A stretch of DNA of 64,000 nucleotides, from the NCBI GenBank assembly GCA_016931225.1, contig JAFGFE010000040.1:67149-131148 (forward strand), written 5' to 3'. The notes below the pieces were generated by a model, which saw only the letters and a program-made list of their open reading frames with translations, was not told the origin of the DNA and did no database searches. Below, piece by piece: positions 46,323-56,229 of this stretch (the first letter of the stretch is position 1; every line of letters begins with the position of its first letter). Both the position numbers and the translations under genes were made by a program. Origin of the DNA: Candidatus Zymogenaceae bacterium (lineage in GTDB: Bacteria; Desulfobacterota; Zymogenia; Zymogenales; Zymogenaceae).

Positions 46323-47654
46323 TCACCCCCCTCGAATCTCCAGGATTTCATCGATACGATCACAGGCTTCGGGGATGCCTAGGTTACAGGCCTTTTCCAG
46401 GTCCTCCAGAGCCTTGTTGTATAACTCCAGCATAAAGTATGCCTCGCCCCTGCCGTATATTGCCCCTGTATGGACCGGATCGCTGCCAAGGACCGTCTCG
46501 AATTCGGCGATCGCGTTATCGTATTGCCCCAGGCCCAGTCTCGCCATACCCCGGTTGTAATACGCCTCGTTTAAAGTGGGATCCAACCTCAGGGCTTCAT
46601 TCGCGTCCAGCAGTGCTTCATTGTACTCCTCCATCTCGTTGAGGATCGCCGCTCGGGCGGAGTAGTACTCGGCATTTCTGCCGTCTATGTCGATCGCCTC
46701 TGTGACGGCGACCAGCCCCATGATGTCGTTGCCCACACCGGTGTATTCAAGATACCGCTCCCAGGAATTTCTGGCCTTGCCGTTCTTCACGAGTGAATGA
46801 ATCATGTATCCGGGAAGCAGGATCAGCGCTACGATAATCATCGACGCAATAAAGACCCGCATGTTGTTGCTCTTCACTTCAGTCGCAGTCACGGGCATGG
46901 AAATCGACCTGGCGGGGATGTTCCCCTGGGCGGCTGGGGGTGTGGGACGTGCGGGAGACGATCGGGCTCCGGACGATCGTGCCGGTGTCGGTGTGGGGCG
47001 GGCGGCGGGTGCGGAAGACGTCGCCGGAGTCTTTTCCGGCACAGGTTTCGACTGCGGGGGAGAAGATGCCGCCGGAGTCTTTCCCGGGGGCGCCTGCGGT
47101 CGTTCCGATGCCTGTGGTTCGGGACGGGTGCGATTTGGTGATCCGGATGATGTGCTCTTCGCCGCCGCCGGCGGCGATTGAGGCGGAATTGAAGGCTGTT
47201 TTGGTGTCGCCTCTGAGGGTTGTTTCGGCGTCGTTTCAGAAGGTTGTTTTGACGGTGGGCTTGAAGGCTGTTTCGGCGTCGGCCCTACAGGTTGTTTCGG
47301 CGGTGGACCGGCGGCTTTTTTCATTTCAGGGGGTTTCGGCGGTACAGCGGACTCTTTCGGTGCGGGTGTGGGTTCTTGCTCCTTCGGCTCCGCATTGGGT
47401 TCAGTCCGCACTGCCGGTTGCTCTCCGGCCTGCGGTTCCTCCACCGCTTCTACCACCTCCTCGATTTCCTCGATATCTTCTATAGGCTCGTCTTGAATCC
47501 GCTCTTCGGGGATCTCCGTGACTCCATGGTCGCGACTGACCAGAAAGATATGACCGCACTGCGGGCAGGAAACATTCCTGGCCTTTCCCTTTTCCGGAAG
47601 CAGGTCGTCACTGATCTCTGCGGAAAACCTGCATTTGGAACAGGATATGAACAT
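46323..47654 (-). CDS. Zinc-ribbon (MJ0042-type) protein with a long Pro/Ala-rich linker, one TM helix and C-terminal TPR repeats.
   Basis: N-terminal 'CSKCRF...CPQCGH' double CxxC. A 150-aa P/A/S/T/K/Q-rich low-complexity region, then a TM. The C-terminus carries TPR-like 'YYNRGMARLGLGQYDNAIAEFETVL'. Confidence 0.6.
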   Translation of the reverse strand: MFISCSKCRFSAEISDDLLPEKGKARNVSCPQCGHIFLVSRDHGVTEIPEERIQDEPIEDIEEIEEVVEAVEEPQAGEQPAVRTEPNAEPKEQEPTPAPKESAVPPKPPEMKKAAGPPPKQPVGPTPKQPSSPPSKQPSETTPKQPSEATPKQPSIPPQSPPAAAKSTSSGSPNRTRPEPQASERPQAPPGKTPAASSPPQSKPVPEKTPATSSAPAARPTPTPARSSGARSSPARPTPPAAQGNIPARSISMPVTATEVKSNNMRVFIASMIIVALILLPGYMIHSLVKNGKARNSWERYLEYTGVGNDIMGLVAVTEAIDIDGRNAEYYSARAAILNEMEEYNEALLDANEALRLDPTLNEAYYNRGMARLGLGQYDNAIAEFETVLGSDPVHTGAIYGRGEAYFMLELYNKALEDLEKACNLGIPEACDRIDEILEIRGG

Positions 47655-47819
47655 CCTTCCCTCCCGGGTGTAAAAAACGCTGTATAACTACATGCGGAAA
47701 CGGGACACGTCCGCCCGCGTATATTGTGTTAGTATATCAAATTACTCATACGTTTCAAACACCGTTCCTCTCACAATTCTATTTTCTCACGAGTACATCC
47801 ACACACACCCCTCCCCCCA

Positions 47820-48281
47820 TTACTCCATCAAGCGCACCGTATCCCCCACGTCAACACCGTTCTCCGCAAACCATCCCTGGTTCATTTCCAGGGCCCAAAC
47901 AACCGGTTTCGGCGATCGGTGGATGGTGGTGTCATCCAGGGGCTGCATATCCTGGATAGAAACGATCGTTCCCGATGCGTCGATAAACGCAATGGAGAGG
48001 GGAATATAGGTGTTTTTCATCCAGAAGCCGAGCTGCCGGGGGAGATCGTAGACAAAGAGCATGCCGTGATCGTCGGCCATTTCCTTTCGAAACATCAGAC
48101 CCACCGAGCGCTCGGAGGAATTGTCCGCCACCTCGGCGGTGATTTCCACATCCCCCACCCGAAGCCGCACCGTCTCGAGGCCGAAGCACGACGAGGGAAA
48201 AGAGGCGACAATACCCAGAAGGACGACGGCGATGATTGTTCTGTTGATTATATAAAACATACGACTGGTCATGATACCCAT
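47820..48281 (-). CDS. DUF192 (COG1430) domain secreted protein.
   Basis: 'VRLRVGDVEITAEVADNSSERSVGLMFRKEMADDHGMLFVY...IPLSIAFID' is the DUF192 pattern. Confidence 0.7.
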   Translation of the reverse strand: MGIMTSRMFYIINRTIIAVVLLGIVASFPSSCFGLETVRLRVGDVEITAEVADNSSERSVGLMFRKEMADDHGMLFVYDLPRQLGFWMKNTYIPLSIAFIDASGTIVSIQDMQPLDDTTIHRSPKPVVWALEMNQGWFAENGVDVGDTVRLME

Positions 48282-48294
48282 CTTGGGATTTGTG

Positions 48295-49386
48295 TCACTT
48301 CACATGCAATATGCTCATGAGACCGAAGTGATCCGACGGGTGCTGGTTGTTTTTACTCCTGTTCAGCACCACCTCGCTCGATGCGATATCGGACGCCTCG
48401 AACGATCCCCCCGCGAATATGAAATCGATCCTGCGGCATACGAAGTTGTCCATCACGTCCACCGCCTCCACCGGAGTCAGCCCCTCGGTTTCCCGTTCGT
48501 ACAGGGTGATAATGTTCAGGTTTTCGTCCGGATTCCAGGTGTACCCGGGCCGATCCGGGTTGATTTCACCAAAGGTGTCGATGAATCCCGCATTGACGAT
48601 GTCCTGTATTTCCGGAGCATGGATCTGGGCGTTGAAATCGCCCATCAGTACCACGGGAGCATTCTCCGGGACGGTCTCTGTAATCCAGTCGAGCATCAGA
48701 TCCACTTCCTCCTGCCGCCAGACCTGATCGGTTTCGATCTTGGCCAGTATCTCGTCCATCCCCTCGGGCGAGAGGCGCCCGTCGTTCACGGCCTCGGCCA
48801 CGATATCGAAGAACCATTGCTCATGGGGGGGACCCGCATGAATGTGCGTATTCAACAGATACACCGTCTCCCCGGCGATCTCAATCACCCCCCCCACCAC
48901 CTGGTTGGCCTCGGAAAAATGAAACGTGAAAAAATTCGTAATGACGCCGCCCCCCGAGAGCCGCTCCTTGCCCAGGGAGCGAAGATTCAGCTCCTTTTTG
49001 GCCAGAATTGCGTCCCCCTCCCTGAAGTTGGCCGGGATGCCCACACAGCCAATATGGATGCCCCCCATGCCGACGGCAGAGACGTAATCCATATTCAGGT
49101 CTCTGGCCAGTTTCCGGGCGTATCCGGGGAGCGGATTCGCCTCGTTCAGGGCGATGACGTCGGGATCCAGGGCGGTCAGCTCCTCGACCAGAAGGGTATA
49201 TCGCCCTTCCCGCACCTGTTTCGTCTCGTACTCTCCCATCTTCAGGGTGCCGATGTAGTCGAGCCCCGACCAGATATTTATGGTCACCACGCGAAGTTCC
49301 TCTGCGGCCGTGTTAATGGCCCCAAAAAGAACGATACATACCGCCGCGATACATACGATCGACAGAACTGACGAAAAACGCTTCAT
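48295..49386 (-). CDS. Secreted endonuclease/exonuclease/phosphatase (EEP) family protein.
   Basis: Signal peptide 'MKRFSSVLSIVCIAAVCIV'. 'LRVVTINIWSG' and C-terminal 'SDHFGLM' are EEP motifs. The start is chosen at the M with a ggagg RBS. Confidence 0.65.
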   Translation of the reverse strand: MKRFSSVLSIVCIAAVCIVLFGAINTAAEELRVVTINIWSGLDYIGTLKMGEYETKQVREGRYTLLVEELTALDPDVIALNEANPLPGYARKLARDLNMDYVSAVGMGGIHIGCVGIPANFREGDAILAKKELNLRSLGKERLSGGGVITNFFTFHFSEANQVVGGVIEIAGETVYLLNTHIHAGPPHEQWFFDIVAEAVNDGRLSPEGMDEILAKIETDQVWRQEEVDLMLDWITETVPENAPVVLMGDFNAQIHAPEIQDIVNAGFIDTFGEINPDRPGYTWNPDENLNIITLYERETEGLTPVEAVDVMDNFVCRRIDFIFAGGSFEASDIASSEVVLNRSKNNQHPSDHFGLMSILHVK

Positions 49387-49654
49387 ACCGACCTCCATAT
49401 CAATCTTGGTCGTTTTCTTCAAGGTTTTTGTTCGTTATCTGTGGGGATAGGAAACGGCATCGGCTCCCAAGTAAGATTTTCCTCTTATTGTAATGACCGC
49501 CGCACGATATGTCAAAAGAAAAACGGTGAATCGGTTACTCTCCTGACACATGCAATTACAGGGAGCATCGCAGTATGGTTTTACGACGTGTATCTCTTTA
49601 CAAACCATCCCGACCGTGATAGCTTTGGGAAAATTGATTGAGGAGTACTGTATA

Positions 49655-51067
49655 ATGACGCTGGCGGATCGAGATGTCATGGAGGCGATTTTTGCCCCGA
49701 AGAGCGTGGCGATCGTGGGTGTCCCCGCGGGGATGAAGATGGGGCGGCTGTTTCTCATGGGACTGTTGTCCTCCGGATACCGGGGCGCACTCTTTCTCGT
49801 CAATCCGAAGCTGGATGAACTCGACGGGATGAAGGTCCTCAAACAGACACGTGATATTCCCGGCCCGCTGGATCTTGCGATCGTGCTTGTTCCCCGGGAG
49901 AAACTTTTGGATATCATCGATGAACTGGGAGAGGTCGGAACAAAGGCGGCGGTCATCTTCACCGCCGGGTTGGGCGAGCTTGGATCGGACGGGATGAAAC
50001 AGCAAGAGCAGCTCGTCGATCGGGCGCGAGAACACGGCATCCGGCTCATCGGACCGAATTGTCAGGGGGTGTACGCCCCCCGATCCGGCCTGTCGTTCTT
50101 TCCCGCCATGCCGACGACGGTGGGAAACGTCTCCTTCGTCTCCGGGAGCGGTTCATTGGCCTCCCTCTCCGTGGGCCGGGGAGCCTCCCGGGGGATGTAT
50201 TTCAACAAGGTTATCAGCTTCGGCAACGCCGCCGATCTGACGGCTTCTGATTTTTTCTCCCACTTCGGAGACGACCCGGAGACAAAGGTCATTATCTCCT
50301 ACATCGAGGGCATCCCGGAAGGACGACGTTTTTTTGAAACGGTGATGCGCGTCAGCGCACTGAAGCCGGTGGTGGTCTGGAAGGCGGGCCTGTCCGACTT
50401 CGGCGCCCGGGCCGCTCAGTCCCATACCGGCGCCTTGGCCGGCGACGAGCGAATATGGCACTCGGCCCTGATCCAGGCGGGAGCCGTGCCGGTTTCGGGA
50501 ATGGACGAATTGATCGATACCGCCATGATCTTCTCGTTTTCCCCACGGCCTGTGGGAGATCGGGTGGCGATCCTCTCGGGGCCGGGAGGGCTGGCCGTAT
50601 CCGCCGCCGACGCCGCGGCGCGGGTTGGTCTGAGGCTTGCGACCCTGTCCGACGAGACACAGAAGAAGATCGCGGCCGTCCTGCCCCCGGCGGGGATCAG
50701 CATCCAAAACCCGGTCGACGTGGGCCTGGGCGCGTCGGGGATCGTCGAGCAGTACACGAAGCCGGCCAGGTACCTGATGGAGGACGACGGCGTGGACGTG
50801 GTGGTGGTCATCGGCGGGACATTCGTCCGGGAGATGAATCAAGCGTACAGGCGGGAGTTGATTGCGGCCCGAAATGATACGAACAAGATACTGATAGCCG
50901 TCAACCTGCCGGAGTTCGCCCGGGCCGTACAGGACGACGATACGGACACCGACTTTCTCAACGCAGGCATCCCGGTATACCCTTCACCGGAGCGGGCCAT
51001 GATCGCCCTGGGCGGGGCGGTGAGATATGGGCGATATATACAAAGAGAGCGCCGGGAGTCCGCATAA
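49655..51067 (+). CDS. CoA-binding domain protein, alpha-domain homologue of acetate-CoA ligase (ADP-forming) / succinyl-CoA synthetase.
   Basis: 'PKSVAIVGVPAGMKMG...' is a CoA-binding Rossmann pattern. 'IRLIGPNCQG' and 'SGSGSLA' are succinyl-CoA-ligase-like flavodoxin-domain motifs. The start is the ATG at 49655 with an aggag RBS. Confidence 0.6.
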   Translation: MTLADRDVMEAIFAPKSVAIVGVPAGMKMGRLFLMGLLSSGYRGALFLVNPKLDELDGMKVLKQTRDIPGPLDLAIVLVPREKLLDIIDELGEVGTKAAVIFTAGLGELGSDGMKQQEQLVDRAREHGIRLIGPNCQGVYAPRSGLSFFPAMPTTVGNVSFVSGSGSLASLSVGRGASRGMYFNKVISFGNAADLTASDFFSHFGDDPETKVIISYIEGIPEGRRFFETVMRVSALKPVVVWKAGLSDFGARAAQSHTGALAGDERIWHSALIQAGAVPVSGMDELIDTAMIFSFSPRPVGDRVAILSGPGGLAVSAADAAARVGLRLATLSDETQKKIAAVLPPAGISIQNPVDVGLGASGIVEQYTKPARYLMEDDGVDVVVVIGGTFVREMNQAYRRELIAARNDTNKILIAVNLPEFARAVQDDDTDTDFLNAGIPVYPSPERAMIALGGAVRYGRYIQRERRESA

Positions 51068-51115
51068 CCGATGATATCGTCATCGGCGTGGGCCGCCGCC
51101 GCGGCGACGACCCGA

Positions 51116-52087
51116 TCACCTCTCGGGCAGGCCGTCTCGATCGAAGCCTTTTTTCAGCTCCCGAAAATAGTCGATGGTCACCTCCAACCCCTCCTCGAAA
51201 CTCACCATCGGCTCCCAGCCGAAGAGCTGCATGGCCCGGGAGATATCCGGCTTTCTGCGAGTCGGGTCGTCGGAGGGAAGCGCGTCAAAGACGATGGAGG
51301 ATTTCCCCCCCGTCATTTCCTGTATGATTTGTGCAATATCCAGAATGGTGTGTTCTGTGGGATTCCCGATATTCACCGGTCCCGGATACGTCGGGTGATC
51401 CATGAGCGAAACCAGCCCCCGAATCATATCGGACACATAACAGAACGATCGAGTCTGGGAGCCGTCTCCGAAGACGGTGATTGACCGGTCCGACAGCGCG
51501 GCCCAAATGAAATTGCTGACGACTCGACCGTCATTCCAGTGCATATTGGGTCCGAACGTGTTGAATATCCGGGCGATGCGGATATCCACGTTATTCTGCT
51601 CATGATAGGAGACCATCAGGGATTCGGCCACTCGCTTGCCCTCGTCGTAACAACTTCGGGGTCCGATGGGATTGACATGCCCCCAGTACTCTTCCGGTTG
51701 CGGGTGTACCTCGGGATCGCCGTACACCTCGGACGTGGAACTCAACAGGATCCGCGCCCCGACCCGCTTTGCCAAACCCAGCATGTTGAGCGTGCCGATG
51801 ACGTTCGTCTTGATGGTCTTGACCGGATTGAATTGGTAGTGTATCGGTGATGCGGGACAGGCGAGATGATAGATCTGATCCACCTCCAGCAGTATCGGCT
51901 CCACCACGTCGTGTCTGATCATCTCGAATCTCGCGTCTCCCATAAACGAGACGATGTTTTCCTTCCTGCCGGTAAAGAAGTTGTCCAGACACAGGACATC
52001 ATGTCCCTGATCGAGAAGCGCGCCACAGAGATGCGATCCAAGGAAGCCGGCGCCGCCGGTAACCAGTACCCTTTTCATCTTCCTCAC
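51116..52087 (-). CDS. uxs: UDP-glucuronate decarboxylase (UDP-xylose synthase), extended SDR family.
   Basis: '[42 protein letters not shown]' plus the YxxxK region, with typical UXS length. Confidence 0.8.
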   Translation of the reverse strand: MRKMKRVLVTGGAGFLGSHLCGALLDQGHDVLCLDNFFTGRKENIVSFMGDARFEMIRHDVVEPILLEVDQIYHLACPASPIHYQFNPVKTIKTNVIGTLNMLGLAKRVGARILLSSTSEVYGDPEVHPQPEEYWGHVNPIGPRSCYDEGKRVAESLMVSYHEQNNVDIRIARIFNTFGPNMHWNDGRVVSNFIWAALSDRSITVFGDGSQTRSFCYVSDMIRGLVSLMDHPTYPGPVNIGNPTEHTILDIAQIIQEMTGGKSSIVFDALPSDDPTRRKPDISRAMQLFGWEPMVSFEEGLEVTIDYFRELKKGFDRDGLPER

Positions 52088-53394
52088 ACCTCCCGGGGCC
52101 TGCCGATACAGTAATACGAAAAACCCATAAGTTTCATCTCTTTTCGGCTGTATTGATTTCTCCCGTCGAAAATCACCGGCGTCTTCATCAGCTCCTTCAT
52201 GCGCTCGAAATCGGGATTGCGGAATTCATTCCACTCCGTCACCAGGAGCAGGCCGTCGGCGCCGGTGACGGCGTCATAGGCGTCGTCGACATATTGAACC
52301 CGATCGGAAAAGATCGTTTTGAAATTCTCCATCGCCACCGGATCGAATACCAAAACCCGGGCTCCGGCCTCAAGCAGGGCCGTCACAACCTCGATGGAGG
52401 GCGCCTCTCGTATGTCGTCGGTATTCGGCTTGAAGGAGAGTCCCCATACGGCGAACGCTTTTCCTGTTATATCGCCGTTGAAATGATCCAGCACCTTCCC
52501 AACCAGCACCGATTTCTGGCGTCTATTCACATCCAATACGGCGTCGAGGATACTCAGCGAATACCCGTTTTCTCTGGCGGTTTCCGCGATCGCCGCCAGG
52601 TCCTTCGGGAAACATGACCCGCCGAAACCCACCCCCGGAAACAGAAACTTCGGCCCGATGCGGGAATCCGATCCGATGCCCTTCCTGACCCATTCGATGT
52701 TGGCGCCGAGTCGATCACAGAGATTCGCCATCTCGTTCATGAATGATATCTTCGTGGCCAGAAAGGCGTTGGCGGCATATTTCGTCAGTTCGGCGGATCG
52801 GACGTCCATGATGAGAATCGGATTACCGGTACGGGTGAACGGGCCGTACAGCTCCTTCATGATTTCCGCAACCCGCACATCTCCGGTGCCGATTATCACC
52901 CGCTCCGGCCGCATGAAATCCTCAACAGCCGCTCCCTCCTTCAAAAACTCCGGGTTGGAGACAACATCGAACTGATGGGTCGTCTCCCTCCCGATGATCT
53001 CTCTCACTCTATCCGCCGTACCCACCGGAACGGTGCTCTTATCGACGATGATCCTGTATCCATCCATTGCGCGTCCGATATCCCGGGCGACCTCCAGCAC
53101 ATGGGAGAGATCGGCGCTTCCATCTTCATCCGGGGGGGTACCGACGGCAATAAAAAGGATCAAAGATTCTTTCACGGAACCTGTCAAATCGGTGGAAAAG
53201 AGAAGCCTTCCCTTTCTGTGGTTTCGCCGGACAAGATCGGTCAACCCCGGCTCAAAGATGGTAACCTCTCCCGCGTTGAGTTGTTCAATCTTATGCTCAT
53301 CTTTATCCACGCAGATGACATCATTCCCCATATCGGCAAAACAGCTTCCGGTAACCAGTCCCACATATCCGGTGCCGATAATACAGATTTTCAT
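52084..53394 (-). CDS. ugd: UDP-glucose 6-dehydrogenase.
   Basis: '[16 protein letters not shown]', catalytic '[10 protein letters not shown]', with typical UDPGDH length of about 436 aa. Confidence 0.85.
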   Translation of the reverse strand: MKICIIGTGYVGLVTGSCFADMGNDVICVDKDEHKIEQLNAGEVTIFEPGLTDLVRRNHRKGRLLFSTDLTGSVKESLILFIAVGTPPDEDGSADLSHVLEVARDIGRAMDGYRIIVDKSTVPVGTADRVREIIGRETTHQFDVVSNPEFLKEGAAVEDFMRPERVIIGTGDVRVAEIMKELYGPFTRTGNPILIMDVRSAELTKYAANAFLATKISFMNEMANLCDRLGANIEWVRKGIGSDSRIGPKFLFPGVGFGGSCFPKDLAAIAETARENGYSLSILDAVLDVNRRQKSVLVGKVLDHFNGDITGKAFAVWGLSFKPNTDDIREAPSIEVVTALLEAGARVLVFDPVAMENFKTIFSDRVQYVDDAYDAVTGADGLLLVTEWNEFRNPDFERMKELMKTPVIFDGRNQYSRKEMKLMGFSYYCIGRPREV

Positions 53395-53616
53395 GTTCTC
53401 TTCCTCTCGCTGAGTTCGATCCGAAACGTATCAATATCGGTGATTGTAAACGGATAGCGACTGAAAAGCAATATGGAAACACGAAAAAGAGGTTTTTTAC
53501 AATCTCCAATTTTCCTCCTTGACACCCTTCGAAAGATGGACTATACAGGGGAAACATCCTGCCCGTCATACAGTAGTTTTTCAATATTGTATCAATGTAT
53601 TCTAAAGGATTACATT

Positions 53617-55068
53617 ATGAGTACCAATTTGGGATGGGACATTGTCGTAGAGCTTTCCATCTTGTGCGCATTCCTCCTTTTGGGCTCCTACCTGCGGGCC
53701 CGCGTAAAGTTTTTTCAGAACTTCCTGGTGCCGGTGGCCCTCATCGGGGGATTCATGGCCATGCTTGCCAATGAAAGCTTCCTCGGCAAGCTGTGCGGGA
53801 TATATATCCCCTTCGATGAAAACCGCCTGGGGATTTATGTGTATCATCTCCTATCGATCACCTTTATCGCCATGGCCTTTCGCGGCCGTGGGGGGGCCAA
53901 GGGAAGAGACGCCGTCGCCATGGGCATCGGCTCATCAACGCTGTACGCACTCCAGGGTCTCGTCGGCATCGGCCTGGGATTTGCCCTGATGTACACGATC
54001 TCCCCCGATCTCTTTCCCACGTTCGGCGCCCTGGCGCCCCTGGGCTTCGGACAGGGACCCGGCCTGACCTACTCCATTGCCCACAACTGGGAGGTGAACT
54101 CCAATTTTGCACATGCGGGGAACCTGGGTCTGACCATGGCCGCCCTCGGATATTTCTGGGCCTGTTTCCTGGGGGTGCCGATCGTCAACATCGGTATACG
54201 AAAAGGATGGTGCGCCTTGGTGAAGGACAAGTCACATCTGAGTAAAGATGTGTATATGGGCTTCTTCAGCAAGGACTCCGAGCGCCCCGAGGCGGGACGC
54301 CTCACCACCACCTCGGAGGCCGTGGAGTCGTTCGCCTTCCACGGCGCCCTCATCGGGATGATGTTCCTGATAACCTATATTCTGATGCAGGGGGTGGTCG
54401 CTCTGCTGTTAAAGGTCAACGCGGGGGGATTCGCCAGCACTCTGGAGGGATTCTACTTCATCTTCGCCACACTGCTGACGCTTCTGGTGAGAAAAATTAT
54501 GGATAAGGCCGGATTCGGCCATGTTATCGACGACGGCATTATGAGCAGGATCGCCGGCTTCTCGGTGGACTTCCTGGTGGTCGCCGCCATCGCCGCCATA
54601 TCCCTGGGCGTGGTGATGAAGTTTATCGTTCCGATACTGATCACCAGTGTGGCTGTGGGGTTGATTACCCTACTCTTCTCCTTCTGGTACGCAAAACGCT
54701 CGTTTGCCACCTATCATTTCGAGCGGGCCATCGCCATCTACGGCATGCTGACCGGGACCATCAACACCGGGCTGATCCTCCTTCGGATGGTCGATCCCGA
54801 GTACAAGACCCCGGTGGCCCAGGACCTGGTCTTTACCAGCGCCATCTCCCTGCCGCTGTGCTTTCCGCTCCTCTTGTTTGTAAACTGGCCGGTGAATGGG
54901 GTTGAGGTGACGGGTGATACCTGGGTCACCGCCGATCCCTCTTTTTACTGGCAGACGCTTGTGGCGATCGGCCTGATGTACGTTATTCTCCTGATTGTAT
55001 ATCGGGTGACCGGGCTGCTCCGTTTCAAGCGGCCCTGGCTCAAGTTGTGGCCGGAAAACGAATCATAA
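53617..55068 (+). CDS. Polytopic membrane transporter, possibly sodium/glutamate symporter (GltS/ESS) family.
   Basis: A 483-aa protein with about 12 TM helices. The N-terminus resembles GltS. The start is the ATG at 53617 with an aaagga RBS. Confidence 0.45.
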   Translation: MSTNLGWDIVVELSILCAFLLLGSYLRARVKFFQNFLVPVALIGGFMAMLANESFLGKLCGIYIPFDENRLGIYVYHLLSITFIAMAFRGRGGAKGRDAVAMGIGSSTLYALQGLVGIGLGFALMYTISPDLFPTFGALAPLGFGQGPGLTYSIAHNWEVNSNFAHAGNLGLTMAALGYFWACFLGVPIVNIGIRKGWCALVKDKSHLSKDVYMGFFSKDSERPEAGRLTTTSEAVESFAFHGALIGMMFLITYILMQGVVALLLKVNAGGFASTLEGFYFIFATLLTLLVRKIMDKAGFGHVIDDGIMSRIAGFSVDFLVVAAIAAISLGVVMKFIVPILITSVAVGLITLLFSFWYAKRSFATYHFERAIAIYGMLTGTINTGLILLRMVDPEYKTPVAQDLVFTSAISLPLCFPLLLFVNWPVNGVEVTGDTWVTADPSFYWQTLVAIGLMYVILLIVYRVTGLLRFKRPWLKLWPENES

Positions 55069-55175
55069 GAAACCGCATCCGACGAAAGCCGGTTGAGCGT
55101 TGATACGGGCATTCCGCCCGGGTATGGGTGCGGGCATTGCGTCACATTGAGAACAATTCCCTTAAAACCATGAAA

Positions 55176-55205
55176 ACAAAAAACCCCCTGAAAAGGGGGT
55201 TTTTG
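55176..55205. terminator. Bidirectional rho-independent terminator between convergent genes.
   Basis: aaaaaa-cccccT-gaaa-Aggggg-ttttt. The stem is flanked by an A-run and a T-run. Confidence 0.6.
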
Positions 55206-55273
55206 TGCATGTGAGCGAAAGCACTCACAGGCGTGACGGCTCATGCTATCCGAAATACAACATCGCCGGGGAC

Positions 55274-55729
55274 TCAGGGAAATGGATACGGGTCTTCCAG
55301 ATCGTTGACGTCGTCCCAATTGTTCCAGGGCTCCCTGTTGTAATCCATAATGATCCATCGATCCCGAAAGACATCGGGGTCGATGTTCGCCGAACAGGTC
55401 ACAATAAAATGATGCGAGCCGTCCATAGGATTAACGTATTCATTGACATACCAGTCGTTGTAGTACTTCGGGTCCATGATCGGGTCGAAGTTCAGCACCT
55501 CCGGTTCGGTGGAGAATTCACTGAATTCGCCGTAATAGGCGATTTCGCTGGTATACGTACCGCTGAGCAGCACCCGGGCCTCGCTCTGCATCGACTGGGA
55601 ACGATACTTGAGAAACACCGGTATGGCGAATGACGTGATAATGAAAAGGATCATAACCACAACCATCAACTCGATGATGGTAAATCCTTTATCATCCTGT
55701 ATATTCACGCGTTTTCTCAACATCTTCAT
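55274..55729 (-). CDS. Type IV pilin / pseudopilin-like protein with a prepilin N-terminal cleavage-methylation motif.
   Basis: 'MKMLRKRVNIQDDKGFTIIELMVVVMILFII' contains the G|FT(L/I)IELM class III signal. No pilus assembly genes are adjacent. Confidence 0.7.
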   Translation of the reverse strand: MKMLRKRVNIQDDKGFTIIELMVVVMILFIITSFAIPVFLKYRSQSMQSEARVLLSGTYTSEIAYYGEFSEFSTEPEVLNFDPIMDPKYYNDWYVNEYVNPMDGSHHFIVTCSANIDPDVFRDRWIIMDYNREPWNNWDDVNDLEDPYPFP

Positions 55730-56229
55730 TGTGGATCTCGCTTGACGGTTATTGAACGGAAAAACATGCACTGTGCGGGGACATTGTAGCTATATATGAT
55801 AAGAGTTTATTGCAAGAATTGTTCCAATCGATGAGTACCCGACACTTGATTTCAATTGATAAATAATAGATATTACTATATCTTTTGAAACATCACCCGG
55901 TCTTTTCTTTCTATGCATATGGGGGAAAACACTATTCTTGCGATTATGCAACTTCCTTTGTTATTGTGCAAAACCGATATGCACCCTCATATTTCCGCCA
56001 TGTCCCCTCACATATGTTACTATATATATCAAAAAAAACAATCCACGTCAATTGTATTGACTATGGTCACTCAATACTCTATAATTTTACGTCGTACAAA
56101 GAAATATCATGTATATATCCCCATTCGCTGTTTCTCGTGATATGAAAGACGTCGGCGCGACGGCGTGTGCCGTTTCCGGTCTTTTAAATATTATCTTTTA
56201 TCTCCATATTTTGTGAGGGAATCACGGTC

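Noticed and set aside
49550-49654. Upstream extension of the CoA-binding protein ORF.
   Set aside because: The aggag RBS and ATG at 49655 give an N-terminus matching the family. The extension has no support.
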